Source of the DNA: Verrucomicrobiia bacterium | GTDB lineage: Bacteria; Verrucomicrobiota; Verrucomicrobiia; Palsa-1439 | DNA: 64,000 nt | Direction of reading: 5' to 3' | Assembly (NCBI GenBank): GCA_022072455.1 | Contig: JAJVHY010000001.1 | Coordinates: 76,990 to 140,989, forward strand | The notes under the pieces: model-generated | What the model saw: the letters and a program-made list of their open reading frames with translations, nothing else | Told to the model about the DNA's origin: nothing | Databases searched by the model: none | Shown: piece after piece, positions 9,763-19,600 of the stretch | Numbering within the stretch: the first letter of the stretch is position 1 | Layout of the letters: each line of letters begins with the position of its first letter | Program-made: the position numbers and the translations under genes

Positions 9763-10469
9763 TTAAGGCGCTAAGCGCGTTGTGGTAGGCCACCGGAAAA
9801 TCAAGGCCAATCCGACTCCGGCAATCACCCCGCCGGCATGAGCGACGTTGTCAATTCGCGGTTCCAACCCGCCGATCACCAAGTCCGCCAGCACGATCAG
9901 ACCCAACACCCGCAACAAGTGCCGGCGCGCCGCAGCCAAGATCGCTCCGCGCAACCGGTACACCGTCACCCCAAACGCGCCGACCAGTCCAAATACCCCG
10001 CCACTCGCGCCACCGCCAACCGCGCCTGCATCGCCGCGCCGAGTGTGCCCCAGGATTCGACGCCCTCGTAAAACGCAATCGCCGCCGGCCACTGTTGCGT
10101 CCCGGTCAACGACCACAACCGCCACAAACGGATCTCACCACGCAACGCCCCCGGCACCTCCGCCGTGTCGGGCGGCTCCGCGGCGCCGCACCGCGCCACG
10201 CGACGCCACCGTTGCGCCGCCGGTAACCGTCCGGCTTTTGCACACCGCACCGCTTGCCGGTTGGCGAGCCGGGGCAACACGATCAGGACCAGAAACAAAC
10301 CCCACGCCCACGCCGCAGCACCGGTAAACAACGCCGCCACTGCCGCCACGAACACGACGAGATGCCGGAGAATCGGCACGACCAACCAGCGCGACGCTTC
10401 GCGCAGCAGCAGCAGTGCCGGCAACGCCGTCAGGATCACCAACGGATAGACCCAAAGCCGGTCGGTCAC
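9763..10469 (-). pseudogene. Rhomboid-family intramembrane serine protease, apparently split by a frameshift (real or a sequencing artefact).
   Basis: ORF 9763..10125 (-) carries the catalytic GxSG motif (GGGASGGVFGLVGAFG) and the His motif (NVAHAGGVIAGVGLALIF) about 51 residues apart, i.e. TM4-TM6 of a rhomboid. The overlapping ORF 9966..10469 (-) in another frame encodes hydrophobic helices of TM1-TM2 type. Their combined length (~235 aa) equals a normal rhomboid core. Only 2 bp separate its start from the upstream L,D-transpeptidase stop. Confidence 0.4.
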
Positions 10470-10927
10470 GGGAGAATCGTCACGTCATCGCCGATTTCGA
10501 GCAGGTCGTAGAGGCGCGCGATGTGTTCGGCTGGCACCGCGATGCAGCCGTGCGTCCACGTGACGTTGGGACATGGCCCGTGGATGCCGACTTCGCCGCC
10601 GAGCGCCGTTTTCCAAGGCGGACATTTCCGCGTGGCGATGGCCTGCCGGATTTCGTCGGCTTCAGCGGGCGAGATGAGCCGGTCACGCACGCCGCGGTCG
10701 GCGTCTTCCGCGGTGGGATAACTCAAGCCGAGAAACCGGTGATACTTACTGTCGGGATTCTTGTAGCAAACGTAGAACTCGCCCTCGGGTGTGGCGAGAT
10801 CGCCTTCACGGATTTTGTCGGCGGGATTTTTGCCGAGCACGGCCGGCAGTCTCAGCACTTCCTCGTCGCCATCGTACACGATCAATATGCGCGCGTGTTT
10901 GGTGATGACCACGTGCCGGGCGCTCAT
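10466..10927 (-). CDS. L,D-transpeptidase (YkuD/ErfK) catalytic-domain protein.
   Basis: 153 aa. Conserved His/Cys catalytic pair context (GIHGPCPNVTWTHGCIAVPAEHI). The start overlaps the upstream stop (tcat at 10924-10927, i.e. ATGA on the reverse strand). Confidence 0.65.
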   Translation of the reverse strand: MSARHVVITKHARILIVYDGDEEVLRLPAVLGKNPADKIREGDLATPEGEFYVCYKNPDSKYHRFLGLSYPTAEDADRGVRDRLISPAEADEIRQAIATRKCPPWKTALGGEVGIHGPCPNVTWTHGCIAVPAEHIARLYDLLEIGDDVTILP

Positions 10928-11205
10928 GACAACCGGTCAATCTGTGCCGCCAACTCGAAATCTTTCTGCGTCAATCCCCCGGCGCTGTGGGTCGTCAGGA
11001 TGATTTTGACGTGTTTGTACCGGGACAACTGCACGTCGGGATGATGATCCAGCGCGTCGGCGACCGGCGCGAGTTTCGCGATGAATTGCGTCGCCGCAGT
11101 GAACCCGGCAAAGACGAATTCCTTCGTGATGGTGTTGCCCTCGCGCGTCCAAGTGCCGAGACGCCCGGCGATTTCGGCGTCGGAGAGTTGGGGCGAGGTT
11201 GTCAC
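10924..11205 (-). CDS. phhB: Pterin-4-alpha-carbinolamine dehydratase (4a-hydroxytetrahydrobiopterin dehydratase, PCD/DCoH family).
   Basis: PCD signature ...EFVFAGFTAATQFIAKLAPVADALDHHPDVQLSRYKHVKIILTTHSAGGLT. The track ORF (to 11325) has a low-complexity N-terminal extension. GTG at 11203-11205 overlaps the upstream TGA (GTGA) and is the more plausible start (~93 aa). Confidence 0.7.
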   Translation of the reverse strand: MTTSPQLSDAEIAGRLGTWTREGNTITKEFVFAGFTAATQFIAKLAPVADALDHHPDVQLSRYKHVKIILTTHSAGGLTQKDFELAAQIDRLS

Positions 11206-12188
11206 GGCGCGAGTTTGCGGTCGAGGGCCGGGATGGGATTGATTTGGCGTTCCGTCTCGACGGGGGGCGCGGGGACTGGGACCGGCGCGCTGGAGCCGAC
11301 CATCGGCCGGTTGGACTTGAGCCACGCCGCCGCCGCCAGGCGGATTTGGAGGACCGCGAGCGGTTGCGGTGAGACGCCATGGTTGAAATAGATCGTCGCG
11401 TCCACCCGGTAATTGTCATCACTCCAAACCAGCAGCCGGCGCTGGGCAAAGGCCGCGAGTTTTTTGGCGACGGAATCATTGCCCAACCCCAACCCACCCA
11501 AACCCGCTGTGGAGTTTTCGGGGCCGGCATCGCGTTGATCGGTGGGCGGACCAAATTGCGCCTCCAACTGCGTCTGCACGGTGGCCAGTGGAACGAGCCG
11601 TTCGCGCATCACCAAGGTGAAATCCTTGAGGACGCCATCGTAAAAATGCGCCGTGAGACGCTGGATCTCATCCGCCGGATGCGCGACGTAAATTTCCGGC
11701 TGCATCCCGCGGGTGTTCTGCAACACCAGATTGAAGCGGTGCTCCAATTCGTCACGGCGCGTCTCAAGGCGGATGCCGGCAAATTGAACCAGTTCGGTTG
11801 CCACCGCCTGATCGGGATTGAAGATCGGCGCCGCGGACTTGGAGTGGTTGTTGGTCGGCACCGGCAACGATTGGGCGTCGTCCGTCAGATAAATCGGCGT
11901 GCGTTCAAACGGTTCGCTGACCAGGTAGAACCAGAATGGCGAGAACAAGGCCAGCCCCAGAATAATCCCCGCCGTATACAGCACCGGCCGGGGAATCGGA
12001 TCGAACACCCGCTGCAAGGCGTGCCGGTGTTTCTTGTGCAATACCTCGTCCGCCTCCTCCTCCAGGCGCCGGTGCGATTGCTTGGGCAACAACATCATGA
12101 CGCCACACTTGGGACACTGCACCTCTTTCAACGGTCCCACGGACGGAACAGTCAGATGCGCCTGGCAATTTTTACAGCGAAGTTCCAT
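11202..12188 (-). CDS. Zinc-ribbon (CxxC...CxxC) membrane-anchored protein of unknown function.
   Basis: The track ORF 11202..12902 has a ~238-aa N-terminal extension that overlaps the divergent FHA gene and looks like a GC-rich artefact. The internal Met at 12186-12188 gives MELRCKNCQAHLTVPSVGPLKEVQCPKCGVMMLLP (zinc ribbon), then one TM helix (LYTAGIILGLALFSPFWFYLV) and a ~250-aa extracytoplasmic domain. Confidence 0.5.
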   Translation of the reverse strand: MELRCKNCQAHLTVPSVGPLKEVQCPKCGVMMLLPKQSHRRLEEEADEVLHKKHRHALQRVFDPIPRPVLYTAGIILGLALFSPFWFYLVSEPFERTPIYLTDDAQSLPVPTNNHSKSAAPIFNPDQAVATELVQFAGIRLETRRDELEHRFNLVLQNTRGMQPEIYVAHPADEIQRLTAHFYDGVLKDFTLVMRERLVPLATVQTQLEAQFGPPTDQRDAGPENSTAGLGGLGLGNDSVAKKLAAFAQRRLLVWSDDNYRVDATIYFNHGVSPQPLAVLQIRLAAAAWLKSNRPMVGSSAPVPVPAPPVETERQINPIPALDRKLAP

Positions 12189-12263
12189 CGGGCCGCCAGT
12201 GTACCGACCCGCCGGCAAAAATCCACGTGAAATCTTCGCCAATGTGCTACACTCCGCCCCGGC
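12189..12263. promoter_or_regulatory. Divergent promoter region between the zinc-ribbon operon (-) and the FHA/kinase operon (+).
   Basis: 75-bp non-coding gap between divergent start codons. No motif was scored; this is positional inference only. Confidence 0.3.
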
Positions 12264-13154
12264 ATGTATCGGCTGACTTTTCAGTCCCGCGACGCAACCC
12301 GCGCCCCGTTCACCGGCGACGCGGCCCCCGTCACCATTGGCCGCGCGGCCGGCTGCACCCTCCAACTCACCGCGGCCGGCCTCCACGACCACCACGCGAC
12401 CCTCGACCGCCGGGCCGACGGCTATTACCTCCGCGACCTTGTTGGCAGTCGCACCGTCCGCGTCAACGATCAGGCGATCAACGACCACCGGCTCAGCAGC
12501 GGTGACGAGATCGAGATCGGCGCTGTCCGCATGCACTTTCACATCATCCACGACACCCCCGGCAGCCGCCGCGCGTTCGACATCTGGCAAGCCGTGGCCG
12601 GCGCTGCCGTGCTCCTCCTGGTGCTCGGTCAAATCGGGTTCTTGGGCTGGATCTTCGCGCAACCGCATCCGCGCAACATGAAACTCGACATCGTCAAAGG
12701 CAAACAAGCCAAAGCCCTGAACGCCGCCCCGGTCGTCCCGCCGCCCACTGAGCCGGTCCCGCTTGCACCACTCGTCCCGCTCACCCCCGCTCCCGCCGTT
12801 GCCGCCCCACCGCCTGTCTTGAACCGGCAACTCAAAATCACCCGCGTTGACCGCGTGGAAGGCCGCGCCGACGTCACGTGGCGCATCCAAATCAAAGCCC
12901 AAGTCCGCGACCGGCAGCTCGATTCATCCGCCGTCCAGATCATCGTCCACTGCTACTCCGCGGGAAACCAGTTGATCGCCACACAGGAAGCGCCGCGCCC
13001 AGCCGCGTGGGAAAATTTCTCCAGCAAACAAATCCCGGTCCGCGTCAACCTCGCCCCAGCCCGCTGCGCCGGCTGCGTGGTGCGCACGTACTACCGGCAA
13101 CAATTACAGGACATCTGGGCGTCGGCGCCAGCACTGGCGACACCCGCCCCGTAA
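12264..13154 (+). CDS. FHA-domain protein with a central TM segment and a Pro/Ala-rich linker.
   Basis: N-terminal FHA signature (VTIGRAAGCTLQL...HATLDRRADGYYLRDLVGSRTVRVNDQAI...LSSGDEIEIGAVRMHF), then a TM helix (AVAGAAVLLLVLGQIGFLGWIF) and a PPPTEPVPLAPLVP linker. Confidence 0.75.
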   Translation: MYRLTFQSRDATRAPFTGDAAPVTIGRAAGCTLQLTAAGLHDHHATLDRRADGYYLRDLVGSRTVRVNDQAINDHRLSSGDEIEIGAVRMHFHIIHDTPGSRRAFDIWQAVAGAAVLLLVLGQIGFLGWIFAQPHPRNMKLDIVKGKQAKALNAAPVVPPPTEPVPLAPLVPLTPAPAVAAPPPVLNRQLKITRVDRVEGRADVTWRIQIKAQVRDRQLDSSAVQIIVHCYSAGNQLIATQEAPRPAAWENFSSKQIPVRVNLAPARCAGCVVRTYYRQQLQDIWASAPALATPAP

Positions 13155-13161
13155 CAATCTT

Positions 13162-14604
13162 ATGGCCGAAAACCTCGTTGGTCGGACTCTGGGTGCCTAT
13201 CAGATCGAAGCCGAAATCGGCGTCAGCCGGTGGGGCGGTGTTTACCGGGCCACCCAAAGCTCGATGAACCGCACCGTCGCCCTCAAGACCGTCTCCGCCG
13301 AAATGGCCGCTGTCTCGGGCCGCACCACGCATTTCCTCGAAGAAATGCAGGCCGCCGCCCAGATCTCCCACAGCAACATCGTCACCATCTACGAAGCCGG
13401 CTGCATCGACGGCATCAACTTCTGCGCGATGGAATACATCAACGGCCCCGCCCTCGCCGATTTCCTCCGCAACGGCAAAGTTGTCGACGAACAACACCTC
13501 CTCCAAACCATACACAGCGTCGCCCGCGCCCTCGATTTCCTCTGGCAAAAGAAAATCCCCCACCAACCCCTCGAAGCCAAAAATATCCTCGTGGACGCCC
13601 GCGGCACTGTCAAACTCATCAACGTCCTCCCCCTCGACAACATGCCGGTCGAATCCATGAAAGACGATATGCTCACCGTCGGCCTCGTCCTCGCCAACCT
13701 CGCCAACAGCATCAGCCCCGTCACCAAACGCACTGGCGAACTCGTCGAACGCATGGTCGCCGCCGCCGGCCGCAAACCCTTCATCTCCCTGGCCGATCTC
13801 GCCCAAACCGCCGCCGACCTCGAACGCGAACTCTTCCCGCCGCCGTCCGCGGCCGGAGCCGCCACCCCCGCGCCCGAGAAAAAGATCAACAAAGTCGGCC
13901 TCGTCCTCGCCATCCTCGTCGGCATCGCTTCGGCCAGCGGATTGTATTGGTGGCGCACCGCCGCCCTCCGCCAACCCCCACCGGTCACCCGGCCCGCCGA
14001 CTTCGGCACCATGGCCCGCGTTCCCGGCGGCACCGTCGGCAAAAAGAACGTCAAAGACTTCTTCCTCGACCGCTACCCGGTCACCATCGGCGACTACAAA
14101 ATATTCCTCGACGCCGTCACCGCCGGCGTCACCCTCAAGGAACACACCTTTGCCCCCCGCAAAAAAAATCACACTCCCGACAACTGGGACAAAATCCTCG
14201 CGGGCATCCAACAGGGCCGCCCCTTGGATGTCGGCAATCGCCAGCTCTGGCTCACGTGGGATTCCCCGGTCATCGGCGTGGATTGGTACGACGCCTACGC
14301 CTACGCCAACTGGCGCGGCAAGCGGTTGCCCAGTGACGAAGAATGGGACCGCGCCACCCGGCAATCCACTCAGACACCCGCGCCGGCCCCCACCAATCAA
14401 ACCGAAGTCTACGCCAACCCGGCCGATAAAAGTCCGGACGGCATCAGCGGACTCACCGGCAAACTCAGCCAATGGATCGGCACCTCCCCGACCCATTCCA
14501 CCGCCATCATCCGCGGCGGCAGACAATCCCGCACCGAAATCAACCGCGAAACCCGGTCCGACACCGTCGGATTCCGTTGCGCGGCGGACAAAGAAGTCAA
14601 GTAA
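13162..14604 (+). CDS. Ser/Thr protein-kinase-like domain (degenerate; predicted pseudokinase), TM helix, and C-terminal FGE-sulfatase (formylglycine-generating-enzyme-like) domain.
   Basis: Kinase subdomains are recognisable (G-rich loop IGVSRWGGVY, VALK, HSNIVTIYEAG) but the catalytic loop reads HQPLEAKNILVD instead of HRDxxxxN, and no DFG is found. TM helix VGLVLAILVGIASASGLYWW. The C-terminal FGE domain has ...GVDWYDAYAYANWRGKRLPSDEEWDRA...GFRCA. Confidence 0.75.
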   Translation: MAENLVGRTLGAYQIEAEIGVSRWGGVYRATQSSMNRTVALKTVSAEMAAVSGRTTHFLEEMQAAAQISHSNIVTIYEAGCIDGINFCAMEYINGPALADFLRNGKVVDEQHLLQTIHSVARALDFLWQKKIPHQPLEAKNILVDARGTVKLINVLPLDNMPVESMKDDMLTVGLVLANLANSISPVTKRTGELVERMVAAAGRKPFISLADLAQTAADLERELFPPPSAAGAATPAPEKKINKVGLVLAILVGIASASGLYWWRTAALRQPPPVTRPADFGTMARVPGGTVGKKNVKDFFLDRYPVTIGDYKIFLDAVTAGVTLKEHTFAPRKKNHTPDNWDKILAGIQQGRPLDVGNRQLWLTWDSPVIGVDWYDAYAYANWRGKRLPSDEEWDRATRQSTQTPAPAPTNQTEVYANPADKSPDGISGLTGKLSQWIGTSPTHSTAIIRGGRQSRTEINRETRSDTVGFRCAADKEVK

Positions 14605-14691
14605 CGGCCAAAATTGTCGCGCCAAATCTCAGCTTTGCGCGACCTGCCCAGCGCCGGCTGACCGGGCACACCCAGTGCTCACCTAGACGAC

Positions 14692-15063
14692 ATGCACCAT
14701 ATCAAAATCGTCACCCAGCGGCACCGCGACAGCGAAATCATCCATGTGACTGGCGGTCTGGACGACACCAACTTTGCCAACCTGGCCGGTCTGCTCACCA
14801 CCCATCTCCGAGACGGACGGCGCACCGGCGCAGTCCCGCAATTTGTGGTTGAGTGCAGCGAAGTCAACTACATCGGCAGCGTCGAACTCAAAGCCCTCCT
14901 CGATCTCGCGCACATCGCCCGCTCCCACGGTGGCGACATCAAACTCGCCCACCTCGCCCCGACCATCGAACAAGTCGCCAACCTCATCGCCAACGGCGAC
15001 CCCCTCGAATGTCACCCCGACGTCAACACCGCCCTTGCCGCCTTCGAACAAGTCCCGGCGTAA
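14692..15063 (+). CDS. STAS-domain protein (anti-sigma-factor antagonist, SpoIIAA-like).
   Basis: 123 aa with the STAS pattern (IHVTGGLDDTNFANLAGLL...FVVECSEVNYIGSVELKALLDLAHIARSHGGDIKLAHL). Confidence 0.65.
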   Translation: MHHIKIVTQRHRDSEIIHVTGGLDDTNFANLAGLLTTHLRDGRRTGAVPQFVVECSEVNYIGSVELKALLDLAHIARSHGGDIKLAHLAPTIEQVANLIANGDPLECHPDVNTALAAFEQVPA

Positions 15064-15066
15064 TCG

Positions 15067-16074
15067 TTACCGGTACGTCAACAACTCAACCCACTCCCGG
15101 CCGCTCACACTCAACCGCCACCCGCTGCCGGCGCGTTCGAGCAGTTGCCGGCAGGCGGTGCTTTCTGCCACCGCGCCATCCACGCGCTGTAAAACCGGTT
15201 GGCCGCGCTGCAATTGCCGCTGCGCCGCGGCGCCAATCTCCTCCGCCGACCGCGGCCACACCGCCACCGGCATCCCCCAACCCGTCACCGCCACTTCATA
15301 TGCGACTGGCGCGGCCTGATTGCCGCGCAATTGTTCCGGATGCCTCTCGACCCACCGGAGCGGGCGCGCCCCAACCAACACCGTAAACGCCACCGGCTGG
15401 CGCGCCACATACTCCGCGAAATTCAACTTTCGATTCGCCGCGTACGCCCGCAAAAATGCCGCGGGATCCAGTCCCACCAAATTCCGCCCATTAAAATTCC
15501 CAAACGGCGGCGCCTTGGGATCGCGTTTCGCGTACCACGCGCGAAAATTCGGATTCAACATCAGATTGATCTCGAAGTGCAAATGCGCCCGGTCCGGCGT
15601 GATGCCTTCCTTGGTATTCGTCGACCGTCCCACCCGGCCGAGCACCTGCCCCTTTTGCACCGACTGCCCAACGGCCAACCCGCCGGCCACATCCCGCAGA
15701 TGCGCGTACAACGTGAAAACTTCCACCCCATCCCACACATGCTCCAGCACCACATACCGGCCGTAATTTGAGAGACCGGGTTTGCTGTTGATGAACGCCA
15801 CCGTACCCTCGCCCACCGCGTGGACTGGGTCAATGGATTCACCGCGCGCATCGCGCTGCAAACATTTGATGTCAATCCCCTCGTGAAACCGCCGGCCGCC
15901 CCGGCGGACACACCCAAACGAACCGGACTCGACGGTGCCTTCGACGGTCGGCTGATAAAAATCCGCGTCCCGCCCCCGCAGCAACGCGTCATTGGCCGTC
16001 GGCAGACACAAATCCACCGCTCCCGCGTGAGTCGCGCTCACCAGCAACAGAATGACCCAGCCCCCGATCTTCAC
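15067..16074 (-). CDS. M23-family metallopeptidase (LytM-like peptidoglycan endopeptidase), secreted.
   Basis: Signal peptide MKIGGWVILLLVSATHAGA. M23 motifs FHEGIDI, YGRYVVLEH and TPDRAHLHFEI. GTG start overlaps the upstream stop (GTGA at 16071-16074). Confidence 0.8.
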   Translation of the reverse strand: MKIGGWVILLLVSATHAGAVDLCLPTANDALLRGRDADFYQPTVEGTVESGSFGCVRRGGRRFHEGIDIKCLQRDARGESIDPVHAVGEGTVAFINSKPGLSNYGRYVVLEHVWDGVEVFTLYAHLRDVAGGLAVGQSVQKGQVLGRVGRSTNTKEGITPDRAHLHFEINLMLNPNFRAWYAKRDPKAPPFGNFNGRNLVGLDPAAFLRAYAANRKLNFAEYVARQPVAFTVLVGARPLRWVERHPEQLRGNQAAPVAYEVAVTGWGMPVAVWPRSAEEIGAAAQRQLQRGQPVLQRVDGAVAESTACRQLLERAGSGWRLSVSGREWVELLTYR

Positions 16075-16553
16075 GGCCGCAATCGCACATCTCCGGTATC
16101 GCGGGGCCGCCCGGCCAACTTATTCAACGCCGCCACCACTTCCTTCGTCACCTCTTCGGGCATGTGGCCCACGAACACCAACCGGCCATCCAAAATGGCG
16201 CGCTCCACCTCCACTGTTGCCGCGATCTTGTCGTCCACCAGCACGGCCAGCATTTGCCCGCGCAACCGCAACGTCACCTCCGCGAGCTTCGACCGACCGG
16301 GGACATCAAATTGCACGATCACGGTGTTCCCTTCGGGCGATACTTCGAGCCACGCCGCGTCAACATCGCGTTCGCTGAGGCTCGGGTAGGGGTTGATTGA
16401 GAGAGGCAACCCGGTTTCTGGTGCCCGGACAGTTCGCGCCCAAGCCGTCGGTAGATTCCCCGGCACTTGTTCATGAATCCGGAGCGTGTGCACCGGCCCC
16501 GCGCACCCCGTCAACGCCGCCGCTGCCAAAAATAAAAAAATAAATCGCCGCAT
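16071..16553 (-). CDS. Lipoprotein of unknown function.
   Basis: Lipobox MRRFIFLFLAAAALTGCA. 160 aa. Translationally coupled to the downstream M23 peptidase. Confidence 0.5.
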   Translation of the reverse strand: MRRFIFLFLAAAALTGCAGPVHTLRIHEQVPGNLPTAWARTVRAPETGLPLSINPYPSLSERDVDAAWLEVSPEGNTVIVQFDVPGRSKLAEVTLRLRGQMLAVLVDDKIAATVEVERAILDGRLVFVGHMPEEVTKEVVAALNKLAGRPRDTGDVRLRP

Positions 16554-16642
16554 GCGCCCGCTCTTCTACGCCGGCCATTTCCTGAACGCAAGCAAACGAA
16601 ACACTCGCCATCCCGCGCGGGCTGTGCTACAAATTGCCGCAC

Positions 16643-19600
16643 ATGAAAGTGGATCCCCGTTTCCTCAAGGAGGAAGGCGCCGAGGTTTTCACCGGCAACG
16701 AATTGTTGATCAAAGGCGCTCTCGAAGTCGAGGGGGGGACGCATTTGCTCACCGGTTATCCCGGCTCGCCCGTGGCTGGCTTTTTCGACTCGATGGAATC
16801 CATCGCCGCCCTGCTCAAAGGCAAGGGCATCCGCGCTTGCATCGCCAACAACGAGGCTCTCGGCGCGGCCATGCTGAACGGCTCGCAAATGGGACCGCTG
16901 CGCGGCATTTGCGCGATGAAATCCGTCGGGCTCCACGTCGCGGCGGATGCGTTGGCGCTCGGCACGCTGGCCGGCGCGCATCCCGACGGCGGCGCGCTGG
17001 TAATTGTCGGCGACGATCCGTGGAGTGATTCCACCCAGGTTCCGGCCGATTCCCGGTATTTGTGTAAGCATATCTTCATGCCGGTCATGGAACCGGCCAC
17101 CAACCAGGAACTCAAAGACTGGATTGATCTCGGCTTCAAACTTTCGCGGGAAGCCAATGTCTTCATCGGCTACCTCGTCACCACCAATCAGGCTGACGGC
17201 GGCGGCAGTGTGTCGTGCCGGCGCAATCATTTTCCGGAACTCAACGCGATCAACAAGTTCAGCATTGATACCGCCGCGATTGATTTCGAACGCACCGTCC
17301 TCCTGCCGCCGCGCACTTGGCTGCGCGAACAAGGGATGCCGGAACGATTCAATCGCCTTTTCGCCAGCGCCCGCCGGCATGGCGTCAATCGCATAATCAA
17401 CGCCCGCGAAAATCCTCGCTGGCGCGCCGAGATCGGGTTCGTCGCCACCGGGCTGGGCTTCTCGTACCTCCAACACGCGCTCCACGAACTCGGCGTAGCC
17501 GACCAGGTACCCATTCTCAAACTCGGCATCAGTTATCCAATTGACCCGCAACTTGTCGAAGAATTTACCCAGCAAGTCCGCAGCATCTTCGTCGTCGAAG
17601 AACGCCGCGGGTTCATGGAAGAGCAGATCAGCGAGATCGTCAGCAAGCTGAACCAAAACGCCACGAGCGCCAATCGCACGAACGTCTGGGGCAAAGAATT
17701 CCCCGCCGGCCTCGCCGGCATCCCGGCGACGCGCGGGTTCAATCCGAGCATCCTGATTGAACGCCTCGCACCCCTCGGCAAGTTTTTCCACGACCCGAAT
17801 CTCAGTCTGAACGAAGCTCGCATCGAATGCGCCGTCGAACTCGTCCAGAAGACCGGGACGTTCGACATCCAGATTCCACCCCGCACGCCGACGTTCTGTC
17901 CCGGCTGTCCGCATCGTGACAGCGCGAGCGTGTTGATCGAGATGAAGAAGCAGTTCCGCGACGAGAAGTACATGCGGCGGGAACACAAGCGCGGGCCGGT
18001 CGATGTCGTGTTCCATGGCGATACCGGCTGCTACACGATGTTGATGTTCGAGCCGACCAAAGATCTGATGCACAATTATTCCGGCATGGGTCTCGGTGGC
18101 GGCACCGGGGCCGGCATCGATCCGTTCATCACGAACAAACAGGTCGTGTTTCTCGGGGACTCCACTTTCTTCCACTCCGGCATGCTCGGCATCTCGAATG
18201 CCTTGAAGCAAGGCCAGGACATCACCTACATCATCCTCGACAACGCCACGACCGCCATGACCGGCCATCAGCCCACCCCGTCGATGGACGTGGATATCGT
18301 CGGCGAGCCGACCTACAAGCAGGGCATTGACGGCATCGTCGAAGCGATGCTTGGGCAGGGCGTCCATGTCGTCCGCGCCAATCCCGCCTACCGGGAAACG
18401 TGGCGCGGGCTGCTCGAAGAAACCATTCTGCGTGACGGCGTGAAAGTAATCGTCGCCGACAAGGAATGTGGCATCACCTATCACCGGCGCGAGACCCGGC
18501 AGGAACGTCAGGAGATTCGCGAGAGCGGTTTCCTTCACGAGAAACGCTACGTCAACGTCAACCCGGACGTCTGTGAACACTGCCTCGAATGCACGCTGGC
18601 GACCGGTTGCCCTGGCCTCACGTTTGTCGAGACGCCGTTCGGCGCGAAAGTGCAGACCGACCTGTCGTGGTGCGTGGCCGACACAGCCTGCACGAAGATT
18701 TACGCCTGCCCGTCCTTCGAGGAAATCACCATCGTCCGCACTCAGAAACCACCCGCGCCGATTGACTCGATTGACCTCAACAACTTGCCAGTGCCTCAAC
18801 CCCGGCAATTCGATGACGTGTGGCACTGTCATCTCGCCGGCGTCGGCGGCCAAGGCATCGGCGTCTGCACGGCGACGATTGTGCGCGCGGGTTTCAAGCA
18901 GGGCTACAACGTTTTATTCTGCGACAAGAAGGGGCTGGCGATTCGGAACGGCGGGGTTTTCTCGCAAGTCACCTTCACGAAGAACGGCAGCCATGCCTCC
19001 GTGCTGATCCCGTACGGCCAAGCCGATCTTGTCATCGGTGTGGACCCGCTCGAAGCCTGCCGGAGCCTCGACCCGAAGGGCAACCTCCGCGTCGGCTCAC
19101 CGGAACGCACCAGCGCAGTCGTCAATTCATTCAAGACCCCGACGATCCTCACGCTCCTTGGTAAAGATAATTTCAACGTCGCCGAAGTCGAAGCGACGAT
19201 CCAGAAGTACACCCGCCCCGACGACTACTTCGGCCTCAACGTCGCTGGCATCAGCGAGCATTTCTTCGGCACGAAGCTCTACGCCAACGTCGTCATGCTC
19301 GGCATCGCGTTCCAACGCGGCCTGCTCCCGATCTCGCTCGATAACATCGAGTGGGGCTTGCGCGAAACCATGGGCAGCGCTGCCGCCGACAATCTCAAGG
19401 CGTTGTCGCTTGGCCGCAAACTCGTCCTCGAACCCGACCTCGCCCACAAACACGAGTTGCACGAGACATACGAAGAATTCGTCAGCGAACGCATGGACGT
19501 CCTCAAGCGCAACCACCGCTGGGGCCGCCGCTGGGCGCTCGATTTCGCCCAACTCGTCCGCCGCAGCGAGCAGAACATCAAGCTCGGCGACCAAACCGCC

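Noticed and set aside
11202-12902. Full 566-aa extent of the track ORF for the zinc-ribbon protein.
   Set aside because: The first ~238 codons overlap the divergent FHA gene and read as Asp/Gly/Arg low-complexity. An internal Met immediately precedes a CxxC...CxxC zinc ribbon and gives a sensible gene with a 75-bp divergent promoter gap.
13045-14625. 526-aa minus-strand ORF and 368-aa plus-strand ORF (13230..14336) overlapping the kinase/FGE gene.
   Set aside because: Extremely Arg/Pro/Gly-rich nonsense translations. The 13162..14604 frame carries kinase and FGE motifs.
16511-18853. 780-aa minus-strand ORF overlapping the indolepyruvate:ferredoxin oxidoreductase gene.
   Set aside because: No motifs, and rich in Arg/Ala/Gly/Asp runs. 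The plus strand encodes a protein with clear IOR/TPP/ferredoxin blocks, so this is an antisense artefact of GC-rich coding DNA.
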